In this document: positions 8,396 through 17,076 of the stretch, piece by piece
Numbering within the stretch: the stretch's first letter is position 1
How the letters are laid out: each line of letters begins with the position of its first letter
Origin: Candidatus Aceula lacicola
Lineage (GTDB): Bacteria > Omnitrophota > Gorgyraeia > Zapsychrales > Aceulaceae
NCBI GenBank assembly: GCA_030765785.1
Contig: JAVCCC010000008.1
Span: 1 to 60,222 of the forward strand
DNA: 60,222 nt
Direction: 5' to 3'
The notes under the pieces: generated by a model
Databases searched by the model: none
What the model saw: only the letters and a program-made list of their open reading frames with translations
What the model was told of the DNA's origin: nothing
Made by a program: the position numbers and the translations under genes

Positions 8396-9802
8396 ATGAC
8401 ACAACAAACACAACTCGCAATTATTGGAGCAGGTCCGGCTGGATATACCGCAGCTTTTTTAGCTGCAGATAAAGGGCTCAAAGTTACCCTGATTGATGCC
8501 ACTGGAAAATTAGGCGGCACCTGCCTTCATCATGGATGTATTCCGTCCAAAGCTCTTTTACATGTTGCTAAAATCATTTCAGGTGCTAAAAACGCGTCTG
8601 GAATAGGCGTCACTTTTGGTGAACCTTCCTTAGATTTTGAAAAAATTGCATCGTTTAAAGACAAAGTTATCGCACGGCTAAGCGGCGGACTCAATCAACT
8701 GCTTAAAAAACGCAGCATCACCCTTATTGAAGGCGCAGCAACATTCTCAAGTGAAACGTCTCTTGCTGTAAAAACAAAAGGCGAAACGATTACGCTTAAC
8801 TTTGAAAAATGTATTATTGCCACGGGCTCTCTACCAGCTAATCCTTTTGCTGATGCCCAAAAAGATGATCGTGTCATTTTCTCCGAACAAGCTCTAGAAC
8901 TAAAAACAATTCCTAAAAAAATTCTAATTATTGGTGGTGGATATATTGGACTTGAAATGGCAACTGTTTACTCAAACTTTGGCTCAGATGTAACAATTTG
9001 CGAACTTATGCCAACTCTTTTGCCAGGGGCCGACCAGGACATCATATCTGTGTTATCAAAAAAACTTTCTTTGACCTTGTCCAATATTTATACTTCAACA
9101 GCTGTCGAAAACTATCAACAAACAGATCAAGGTATCTTGGTTATTTTTGACGGACCTGAGGGAAAAATCTTTGAGGAAACTTTTGATCAGGTCCTTATTG
9201 CAACAGGGCGTGTTCCAAATACAGAAAACTTAAATCTTTCCAAAGCAAACATCCCTCTAGATGAAAACGGATTCATTAAGACTGATAAAAGCAATCAAAC
9301 TCCAGTTAAAAATATTTACGCTATCGGCGACGTAGCTGGCGGACTTCTTTTAGCACACAAAGCTTCGGATGAAGCCCATCGAATCATTGAATTTATTTTA
9401 AATCCATCTAACGATCAAGCTCAAGGCATTATTCCTTGCGTTGTTTTTACAGATCCAGAAGTTGCATGGTGCGGTTTAACTGAAGCTGAAGCCAAAGAAA
9501 AAAATATTGAAATCAAAATCTCTAAGATTCCAATGATGGCCAACGGTCGAGCTCTTGGCATTAATCAAACAGAAGGATTTACAAAATTAATCTTTGATTC
9601 TAAAATTAAAAATGTTATTGGGGCTGTCGTGGTCGGACCTGAGGCAGGAGAGCTTATCAGCTCGATTAGCATAGCTGCTCAAAATAAATTAACTGCAAAA
9701 CAACTCGCCGAATCCATATTTCCGCATCCGACGCTATCGGAAACACTAAAAGAATGTGCCCAAAGCTTTCTAGGCACTAATGCTCATTCTGTGAAGACTT
9801 AG
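8396..9802 (+). CDS. lpdA: Dihydrolipoyl dehydrogenase
   Basis: GAGPAGY, GGTCLHHGCIPSK redox disulfide, GGGYIGLE, HPTLSE. Confidence 0.95.
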   Translation: MTQQTQLAIIGAGPAGYTAAFLAADKGLKVTLIDATGKLGGTCLHHGCIPSKALLHVAKIISGAKNASGIGVTFGEPSLDFEKIASFKDKVIARLSGGLNQLLKKRSITLIEGAATFSSETSLAVKTKGETITLNFEKCIIATGSLPANPFADAQKDDRVIFSEQALELKTIPKKILIIGGGYIGLEMATVYSNFGSDVTICELMPTLLPGADQDIISVLSKKLSLTLSNIYTSTAVENYQQTDQGILVIFDGPEGKIFEETFDQVLIATGRVPNTENLNLSKANIPLDENGFIKTDKSNQTPVKNIYAIGDVAGGLLLAHKASDEAHRIIEFILNPSNDQAQGIIPCVVFTDPEVAWCGLTEAEAKEKNIEIKISKIPMMANGRALGINQTEGFTKLIFDSKIKNVIGAVVVGPEAGELISSISIAAQNKLTAKQLAESIFPHPTLSETLKECAQSFLGTNAHSVKT

Positions 9803-11315
9803 AAACTGGAAAGCGCAAATAAAATCGCACACCCTTCTCTTTTCCTTCCATATTCTCAACGCTAATGATGCCGCCATGATCTGAAATTAAATCTCGGCAT
9901 AACGCAAGGCCAATACCTGTTCCTTTTTCTCGATTTGATACAAACGGTTCAAAAATATATTGCATCTGCTCATCGGATAAAGTTGGCCCCGTATTCTCAA
10001 AGATGATAAAAACCTCATTAGCTGAAGAATCAAAACCAGAAATCATTTTGATATATCGTTTTTCTCCTTTAGGTAAATCACTCATAGCATCTAATGCATT
10101 AACAGAAATATTCATAAACATCTCTTGAAGATGTATTGCGTCAGCATACACTTTTGGAAGATTTTCTTCGCGATCAAAATCCCAGTTAACACGCTTAATG
10201 CGAAACTCATCTTTTAAAAGACGCAATGCACGATCTATGCAATCGTTAACATCAATATATTCTCTCTTAACTTCTTTGTGACGCATCAAGTCCATCAAGT
10301 CACTAAGCATTTCCTTAATATACGTTGACTGTTCAAAAATAAGATCAACCGTTTTATAATACGGATCGTCCTCTTTCATATCATTTCGCATAAACTTTAC
10401 AAGTCCATGCGTAGCTGTGATCGGCTGACAAATCTGATGCAAAATACCGGCTGAAAGAGAAGCAAAAATAGAAGCCTTACCAACATCCACAAGTTTAAGC
10501 TTTATCTCTTCAGCTTCTTGCTTGGCGGCCTCGGCCTCTACCCCTTTAAGACGCACTTCTGTGCCCATTTTTCGAATCTCAAGCAAGAATGAAACATTAT
10601 GATATTTTACAAGCGCATACGACATGATAACAATCGAAAAAAACAAACACAACGGTCCCAATGGATAAATACCGATACCATGATTATTAAGAATTGTAAC
10701 ATTGCTTAATGTTGTTAAAACAAAAGCTGCCATCACAAACTCTAGCTTCCGTCGGTACGAGAGGTCCGAACGTCGTCGCTGAGGAGATTTAATAAACTCA
10801 AAATAATGCCTAAGAATATTTAAAAGTGCGTACGTAAAACAAAAAAAGCTAAAAGCAAGAAAAACCCATTGCACACCTTGTGCTTTTGGGGAAAACCCCC
10901 ACGGATATTCGACGATGCCGGTAAAAAACGGATTCACCCAAGATTTGATTAAAAATAGAAAGACACCAAAATAAACTATCCAAAGAAAATATTTCTTTTT
11001 CTTATATTGATTGGTTACGACGATGGAGAGATGCAAAAGAGTTGCTGGAACCAAAACCATACTTAAAAAGATAACGCGTCCCCAAAAAAATGTCACAGAA
11101 TCAACCCACGCGCTTAAGCCAAGGGCAAATCCCAAAAACCAAAGCGCAGAACTCATATAAAAATAAAAAATAGATCGATGAAAGCTAAGACGCGTTCCTA
11201 GCCCTAAAACAAAAAGGGCAAAGAAAAACGCAATACTGAAAAAAACAAATGGAATCAGAGAAGAAATATTAAAATAATAATACGGTGATTGAATAATAGT
11301 TGAAAAATCTGTCAT
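9777..11315 (-). CDS. Membrane sensor histidine kinase with 7TM N-terminal domain; atypical H-box
   Basis: About 7 TM helices; H-box LHQICQP; N-box NISVNALDAM; F/G2 boxes IFEPF..GTGIGL. Confidence 0.85.
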   Translation of the reverse strand: MTDFSTIIQSPYYYFNISSLIPFVFFSIAFFFALFVLGLGTRLSFHRSIFYFYMSSALWFLGFALGLSAWVDSVTFFWGRVIFLSMVLVPATLLHLSIVVTNQYKKKKYFLWIVYFGVFLFLIKSWVNPFFTGIVEYPWGFSPKAQGVQWVFLAFSFFCFTYALLNILRHYFEFIKSPQRRRSDLSYRRKLEFVMAAFVLTTLSNVTILNNHGIGIYPLGPLCLFFSIVIMSYALVKYHNVSFLLEIRKMGTEVRLKGVEAEAAKQEAEEIKLKLVDVGKASIFASLSAGILHQICQPITATHGLVKFMRNDMKEDDPYYKTVDLIFEQSTYIKEMLSDLMDLMRHKEVKREYIDVNDCIDRALRLLKDEFRIKRVNWDFDREENLPKVYADAIHLQEMFMNISVNALDAMSDLPKGEKRYIKMISGFDSSANEVFIIFENTGPTLSDEQMQYIFEPFVSNREKGTGIGLALCRDLISDHGGIISVENMEGKEKGVRFYLRFPVSKSSQNEH

Positions 11316-11366
11316 TTTTAGAATTATAACACAAAAATTCCGAAAACTGCGTCCCTTTGCAAAGAA

Positions 11367-11804
11367 TTATTTTGTTTCTATTTTTATTTGTACTCCATCG
11401 CCTACATTAACATTATAAGCATCAGCAAATCCAGCATTAACTTCCAAGACATACTGTGCCAAATCATCCGTTCCATAAGTCGGACATGTTTCAGAAAAAC
11501 ATGGCGGGGCAGTCTTCTTAATATAAATAATTTCGCCAATGCTATTGAGCCAAATCATGTCTAGAGGAATAAGTGTATTTTTCATCCAAAACTTTGCCTT
11601 AGACGGTCCAGGAAAAACAAAAAGCATTCCCTTGCCTTTATCCAAACGTTCTCGATACTGCAGGCCTTCAGACAATTTCTCCGACGTTTGAGCAACTTCC
11701 ACTACAACGCACTTCGATTCAAAACACACTTTTGATACCTGGCCTTTGCACCCAATTATCAAACCGGACATTGCAACCAAGCCAATAATAAATACATGCC
11801 TCAT
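11367..11804 (-). CDS. DUF192 family lipoprotein
   Basis: Lipobox IIGC; GLQYRE.L..GMLFVF, FWMKNTLIPLDMIW, YVLEVNAG. Confidence 0.9.
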   Translation of the reverse strand: MRHVFIIGLVAMSGLIIGCKGQVSKVCFESKCVVVEVAQTSEKLSEGLQYRERLDKGKGMLFVFPGPSKAKFWMKNTLIPLDMIWLNSIGEIIYIKKTAPPCFSETCPTYGTDDLAQYVLEVNAGFADAYNVNVGDGVQIKIETK

Positions 11805-11805
11805 C

Positions 11806-13146
11806 TTACAATCCTTCCTTTTCTGTCAAACGAATATAATCGCGAAATGTCGTCTCCCCTGTAATTTCTTGATTAACCACTGAAATGCGTTGTGTTGTAG
11901 CCGGATGTGTTCTCCAATAGCTAAACCTACGTATCGGCTTTTTAGCATTAATCTCATGTAACTTCTCTAAAAACTTTTTCATTTCGTTAGGATCGTACCC
12001 AGCCTTTTCCATATACTTAACAGACAAACGATCCGCTAAAAACTCATCCTCTCTTGCATATCCTGTAAGAATAGATCCAAATGCCAAATTAATTCCTGGC
12101 GCCATGCTAGAATTTCCCGTCGTAATCGCCAAAACTTGAAGAAAATTATATCCATACTGAGCCTGCAAACTTTTCATTGCATGCTTCGCTGTAATATGAC
12201 CTATTTCATGAGCAATGACACCCGCAAGCTGATCATCATTATCTACCGCATCAACCAAACCTTTGTATAAATAAATAAATCCACCCGGAAGCGCAAAAGC
12301 GTTAACCTCATCTTTGTTAATCACCTGAACTGTATAAAAAATTTCTACACGGTCGCTTACATCTTCAATACGTTTTGCAATTCTTGATACACGCTCATTA
12401 ACATCAATATCTGTATTAATTTCATACTCTTTATTAATATATCGTGCGAGAGAATCTCCGATAGCAACTTCTTTTTCTGTACCAAAAAAAAGCGTTTCTT
12501 GCTGTTGTGTTGCTAAATTATATTCCGTTGTCATGCACCCTGAAAAATATACACATACTAAAAGCATTAAAATCTTTACGCCAAATTTTTTTAACATTTG
12601 TTTTAGTCGAACCATAGGAAGACCGACCACATTAAAATAACATCCCTCAATTCTTCGAATAAAAAATGCACCCCTGCCTTCAATATCAAATCCACCTGCC
12701 TTGCTCCCCGGTGGCGTAATCTTATAATAATTATCAATTTCTTGATCACTCAAGGGAGTCATATAAATTTTTGTTTTTTCAAACCCGACAGACTTCTTTT
12801 TTGTTTTAGCATCCACAATCGCTATTCCTGAATAAACCCAATGTGGATTTTGTGAAAGCATCTTTAAGCTTTTCTTTGCCTCTTTTAAATTCTTTGGTTT
12901 TCCAATAATTCTTTTACCCTTAGCATATACAAGTGTGTCAGATCCAATAACAATACCCTCTTTGAGACGCGATGAAACATCAAGCGCTTTTAAAAGTGCA
13001 TTTTTCTTAACAAGCACTGCACACCCTCTAGAGGAATCTGTATATTCTTTGACTTTACTTGAAATAACGTGAAACGGAATGCCTAATTTCTTAAGCAATC
13101 GTTTACGAGGAAATGACTGTGAGGCTAGTATTAACTTGAAATTCAT
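11806..13146 (-). CDS. Maf NTP pyrophosphatase fused to an M48 metallopeptidase
   Basis: Residues about 1-190 are Maf (LILAS, GSDT, KAGG.DIEG, NVVGLP), then KILMLLVCVYFSGC, then M48 (NAFALPGG, AHEIGH, EFLAD, THP). Single open frame. Confidence 0.9.
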   Translation of the reverse strand: MNFKLILASQSFPRKRLLKKLGIPFHVISSKVKEYTDSSRGCAVLVKKNALLKALDVSSRLKEGIVIGSDTLVYAKGKRIIGKPKNLKEAKKSLKMLSQNPHWVYSGIAIVDAKTKKKSVGFEKTKIYMTPLSDQEIDNYYKITPPGSKAGGFDIEGRGAFFIRRIEGCYFNVVGLPMVRLKQMLKKFGVKILMLLVCVYFSGCMTTEYNLATQQQETLFFGTEKEVAIGDSLARYINKEYEINTDIDVNERVSRIAKRIEDVSDRVEIFYTVQVINKDEVNAFALPGGFIYLYKGLVDAVDNDDQLAGVIAHEIGHITAKHAMKSLQAQYGYNFLQVLAITTGNSSMAPGINLAFGSILTGYAREDEFLADRLSVKYMEKAGYDPNEMKKFLEKLHEINAKKPIRRFSYWRTHPATTQRISVVNQEITGETTFRDYIRLTEKEGL

Positions 13147-13700
13147 TAATCTAGAAAATCAGATATTTGAAAAATAAATTGAAACGGACAATTATATTTA
13201 GCAATCGCTTCTTTAGCGCCTTCATCTCTGTCGACAATACAAATGGCTTTAACGACGTCCATTTTGGCATTTTTCATCACTTCCAAAGATTGCACAAAAG
13301 CTTTTCCTGTCGTAGCAACATCGTCAATCAAAATAACTTTAGAGCCTTTTGGAATATCAGGTCCTTCAATTTGCTTCTGCTTGCCATGCGCCTTTGGAGC
13401 CTTACGGATAATAAATGTACTGACTGGTTTTTTATTTTCGAAACTCTGCGAGGCGATGGCACCCACGAAAGGATCCGCGCCTAACGTTGGCCCTCCAATA
13501 ATCGAAACACCGTCATCCTTGACCATGTCCAAAATAATCTTAGCGCAAAGATATGCGCCTTCTGCTGATAGCGTTACACGACGCGCATCAATATAATAAT
13601 CGCTTTCCTTACCAGAGGAGAGAATAATTTTTTCTTTAAAAAACGCATCTTTTTTAAGAATTTCTAAAAGACGTGCTCGATCTTGATCAAGGGAAGACAT
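13146..13700 (-). CDS. pyrE: Orotate phosphoribosyltransferase
   Basis: LSSGKESDYYID, RKAPKAHG, ILIDDVATTG. Confidence 0.95.
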   Translation of the reverse strand: MSSLDQDRARLLEILKKDAFFKEKIILSSGKESDYYIDARRVTLSAEGAYLCAKIILDMVKDDGVSIIGGPTLGADPFVGAIASQSFENKKPVSTFIIRKAPKAHGKQKQIEGPDIPKGSKVILIDDVATTGKAFVQSLEVMKNAKMDVVKAICIVDRDEGAKEAIAKYNCPFQFIFQISDFLD

Positions 13701-13744
13701 AGTAAACCTTTCTCGTAAAATTGTTTCTCTTGAAATCTGTGGCT

Positions 13745-13773
13745 ATTATACGATGATTCGCTTTTTCTGACAA
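13745..13773 (-). promoter_or_regulatory. sigma70 promoter of the pyrE operon
   Basis: TTGTCA-17 nt-TATAAT. Confidence 0.65.
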
Positions 13774-13820
13774 GTTGATATATTAAAAAATCTCAATCAA
13801 ACCCATATTCAAAGAGACCT

Positions 13821-13849
13821 TTGACACAAAAAAGCACTCATGCTAAGAT
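13821..13849 (+). promoter_or_regulatory. sigma70 promoter of comF-lptF-lptG
   Basis: TTGACA-17 nt-(TGC)TAAGAT. Confidence 0.65.
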
Positions 13850-13880
13850 GCCTTTTGCTGCCGCATAACGAAATCATTTC

Positions 13881-14612
13881 ATGTCGACTTCTTTTTTAGA
13901 ACAAATCACAAACGGACTTCTTTCTCTAGTCTATCCAGATAATTGCACCATTTGCAAATCCCCTCATACCAACAATCCGTTTTTTATCTGCACGCCGTGC
14001 CAAAAAATGATCACACTCAATCTGCCTCCTTTTTGCGCCAAATGTTCTCGGCATCTTAGAAATCCCGAAAAAAATATCCTATGTCCTCAATGCCAAAAAA
14101 CCAATCCTGTTTTCGACCAGGCTTGGGCTGCGACACGCTATACAAATGCCATGAAGAATCTTATTCATCTATTTAAATATAAAAATAAAACTGCCCTTTG
14201 TCATTTATTCTCCAACATAATAATTTTGTTTATCAAAAATTATCATATTAATATGAATCAATATGATTATATTATATCTATTCCTCTGCACCCTACAAAA
14301 CTACGCGAACGCCAATATAATCAAACTGATCTGCTTGCTGAAACGCTATCTAAAGAATTTCACATCCCATTATCCAAAAATAATCTCATCCGCCAAAAAT
14401 ACACAAAAACACAAGCTTTACTTAATGAAAAAGAGCGCTGGACAAATACAAAAGACGCCTTTAGAATAAGACATCCATCAAACTTTTTAGGGAAATCTAT
14501 CCTGATCGTGGATGATCTTATTACAACGGGCGCAACGGTTTGCGAAGCTGCACATGCCCTAAAACGAGCCCAAACAAAATACATAGGAGTGTTGGCGTTG
14601 TCCATTACCTAA
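13881..14612 (+). CDS. comF: ComF family protein (double zinc ribbon plus PRTase fold)
   Basis: CxxC pairs, IPLH..R.YNQ, LIVDDLITTGAT. Confidence 0.9.
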   Translation: MSTSFLEQITNGLLSLVYPDNCTICKSPHTNNPFFICTPCQKMITLNLPPFCAKCSRHLRNPEKNILCPQCQKTNPVFDQAWAATRYTNAMKNLIHLFKYKNKTALCHLFSNIIILFIKNYHINMNQYDYIISIPLHPTKLRERQYNQTDLLAETLSKEFHIPLSKNNLIRQKYTKTQALLNEKERWTNTKDAFRIRHPSNFLGKSILIVDDLITTGATVCEAAHALKRAQTKYIGVLALSIT

Positions 14613-14615
14613 CAA

Positions 14616-15710
14616 ATGAAAATCTTACGTAATTATATATTAGCAGAATGTGTCTTACCGTTTATTCTATCACTATCCGTTTTGACTAGTGTTTTTTTGC
14701 TCGGCAATTTGATCAAACTTACCAACATGGTTATCAACAAAGGTGTAAGTCTAGCCCTTATCGGACAAATTTTTATATACTATATCCCTTTCTTTTTGAC
14801 TTACACGCTTCCTATTTCTTGTTTGGTGGCAGTCATCCTGACCTTTGGTCGACTCTCAAACGATAATGAAATCTTGGCTATGCGTGCAAATGGCATTCGT
14901 CTCAGAAAGCTTCTGTGGCCTGTTTTTGTCTTAGGCCTTATTTTAAGTCTCTTTTCAATCATCTTAAATATTCGAATTATTCCTCATGCTTATCATCAAC
15001 AACGCAAACTTTTAAAAGAAGTTGGCACAAAAAATCCGACTGCTCTTCTAGAGGCTGGAACGTTTATTAAAGATTTTAAAGACCAAATTCTTTTTATTTA
15101 CCGTATTGAAGGAAACAAGATGTACAACGTGCGCATTTACCAACCCCAGCCTGATGGCAAAATGACGCGTACCATTACCGCCAAAGAAGGTGAATTTACC
15201 CAAGTGCCTGGCGAGAACAAAATTAAGCTTAAATTAATCAACGGTACCAGCGATGAACCAGACTTAGAAAATCCTAATAATTTTTATAAATTAAAATTTA
15301 ATACTTTTTTCCGCACACTTGATTTATCACAAACTGATAATAAAAAAATCGATAAAAAACCTAAAGGCATGACCTTAGAAGAAGTAACGGACAAGATTAA
15401 AGAGATGGATTCCTTAGGCATTGATACCACGCCTTTAAAAATCGAATTTCACAGGAAACTTGCCTGGGCATTCTCAGTCTTAGTATTTATGATGCTCGGC
15501 TTTCCTATTGCGGTTGTAACTCATCGAAGAGAAAAGACTGCCAATGTCGCTTTAGCGATGCTTTGCGCAGCAAGTTATTATCTATTAACTTTGGGCTGCG
15601 AAGCTCTTTGTATTCAAAAAATTGCACCCATCGGCATTACGATGTGGATGCCTAACATTATTGGCGCAACCATCGCCTCTATATTAAATTATCGATTATG
15701 CGTATCATAG
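14616..15710 (+). CDS. lptF: LptF/LptG family permease
   Basis: ILRNYI start, PISCL..FGRLS.DNEILAMRA.G, C-terminal W.PNII. Confidence 0.85.
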   Translation: MKILRNYILAECVLPFILSLSVLTSVFLLGNLIKLTNMVINKGVSLALIGQIFIYYIPFFLTYTLPISCLVAVILTFGRLSNDNEILAMRANGIRLRKLLWPVFVLGLILSLFSIILNIRIIPHAYHQQRKLLKEVGTKNPTALLEAGTFIKDFKDQILFIYRIEGNKMYNVRIYQPQPDGKMTRTITAKEGEFTQVPGENKIKLKLINGTSDEPDLENPNNFYKLKFNTFFRTLDLSQTDNKKIDKKPKGMTLEEVTDKIKEMDSLGIDTTPLKIEFHRKLAWAFSVLVFMMLGFPIAVVTHRREKTANVALAMLCAASYYLLTLGCEALCIQKIAPIGITMWMPNIIGATIASILNYRLCVS

Positions 15711-16801
15711 AACGTTATCTCTTAGGGACCATTGTTACTATCTTTCTTTCGGCACTCACTATCTTCTGTTTTTTATATGTGCTCATCGACTTGGCTAGTA
15801 ACTTGGATGAATTTATCCGACAAAAAGTCTCCATAGAAATCTTAATTCAGTATTATCTTTCGTTTTTGCCTATCATTATTGCACAGACGTCTCCTTTAGC
15901 GTGTCTAATCGCATGCCTTTTGACCTTTAGCCATGCCAATAGCAATAATGAAATTATTGTTTTACGTTCAGGGGGTTTAAGTTTTTGGCGAATTGCAAAA
16001 CCTGCAATTTTCTTTGGACTCCTCGTTTCTATTCTTATGTTTTGGGTCAATGAACGTTTTGTCCCGCAAGCCACGTCTATGTCACAATCCATTGAAGATG
16101 AATACCTTATTCTTGAAGCTGATGCCATAAAAAAGAAACAAGTTATCGATGACCTAACATTCTATGGACTTAAAAACCGATTGTTTTATATTGATAAATT
16201 TGACCCTGGTGATTTTTCTTTGCATGGCATCACTATTATCGGGCAAGACGAGAACCAACAAATTATAGAAAAAGTTGTCGCCTTAAATGGAAAATGGACA
16301 GGCATTGCTTGGAAATTCTATCGCTTGCAAATCACAAATTTCGATATCCCCGGAGACACGTCCACTGAAAGTGTGAGATATTACGATAACAAATTAATGG
16401 ATATTAAAGAAACTCCCCAAGATTTCTTACGCCAACGCTTAGATGTCGATTCTATGAATATCAAGCAACTTCATCAATACATTAAACGCTTTGCGCGAAG
16501 TGGAGCACAAAAAGCATTAAACAATCTAAACGTTGATCTTCATCAAAAGATTGCATTTCCGTTTAGTAACCTCGTTATTTTACTTGTTGGGCTTCCTCTC
16601 GCTTTGATGACTAGCCGACGAAAAGCGCTCACCTTTACATCTCTAGGGATTGCGATTGGTGTTGGATTTATTTTTTATGTGCTAAATGCGGTAGGATTGG
16701 CTTTTGGAAAAGGAGGACTGCTCCCTCCAGCTCTCTCTGCATGGATGACTCCAGGCATCTGCCTTTTAGTATCATTCTACTTAATCAAAACAAAGTTCTA
16801 A
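15698..16801 (+). CDS. lptG: LptF/LptG family permease
   Basis: RIIERYL, NEIIVLRSGGLS, KIAFPF, AWMTP. Confidence 0.85.
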   Translation: MRIIERYLLGTIVTIFLSALTIFCFLYVLIDLASNLDEFIRQKVSIEILIQYYLSFLPIIIAQTSPLACLIACLLTFSHANSNNEIIVLRSGGLSFWRIAKPAIFFGLLVSILMFWVNERFVPQATSMSQSIEDEYLILEADAIKKKQVIDDLTFYGLKNRLFYIDKFDPGDFSLHGITIIGQDENQQIIEKVVALNGKWTGIAWKFYRLQITNFDIPGDTSTESVRYYDNKLMDIKETPQDFLRQRLDVDSMNIKQLHQYIKRFARSGAQKALNNLNVDLHQKIAFPFSNLVILLVGLPLALMTSRRKALTFTSLGIAIGVGFIFYVLNAVGLAFGKGGLLPPALSAWMTPGICLLVSFYLIKTKF

Positions 16802-16811
16802 TAAAAACTTA

Positions 16812-17054
16812 TCAAGAACTTTCTTTTTTATCTATATTCTCTTTTACAATTTTCTCAATCTCAACAAGATCAGCATATATGCTCATTAATTTTATATGCA
16901 TTCGCTGCGAGACCTCTTCACTAAAACCACAAGAACAAGTCTCACATTTTTCTAAAGAATTTTCCCTGAAATCTTTAAAAAGTTCTTCTTTTAATCGACT
17001 TGCCGCAGCAACCATTGCCTCATTTGTTAATAAACACGCTTTTCTAGGTCCCAC
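16812..17054 (-). CDS. Small hypothetical protein (80 aa) with CxxCxC motif
   Basis: AAGGAGG SD 8 nt before the GTG; follows alr in the same direction. Confidence 0.7.
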   Translation of the reverse strand: MGPRKACLLTNEAMVAAASRLKEELFKDFRENSLEKCETCSCGFSEEVSQRMHIKLMSIYADLVEIEKIVKENIDKKESS

Positions 17055-17076
17055 GACTTTATCCTCCTTAATATAA

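Noticed and set aside
16812-17054. Idea that the ORF after alr is a MazE/EndoAI-type antitoxin, as in Bacillus alr-ndoAI-ndoA
   Set aside because: No ribbon-helix-helix pattern, no toxin gene downstream, and only vague resemblance.
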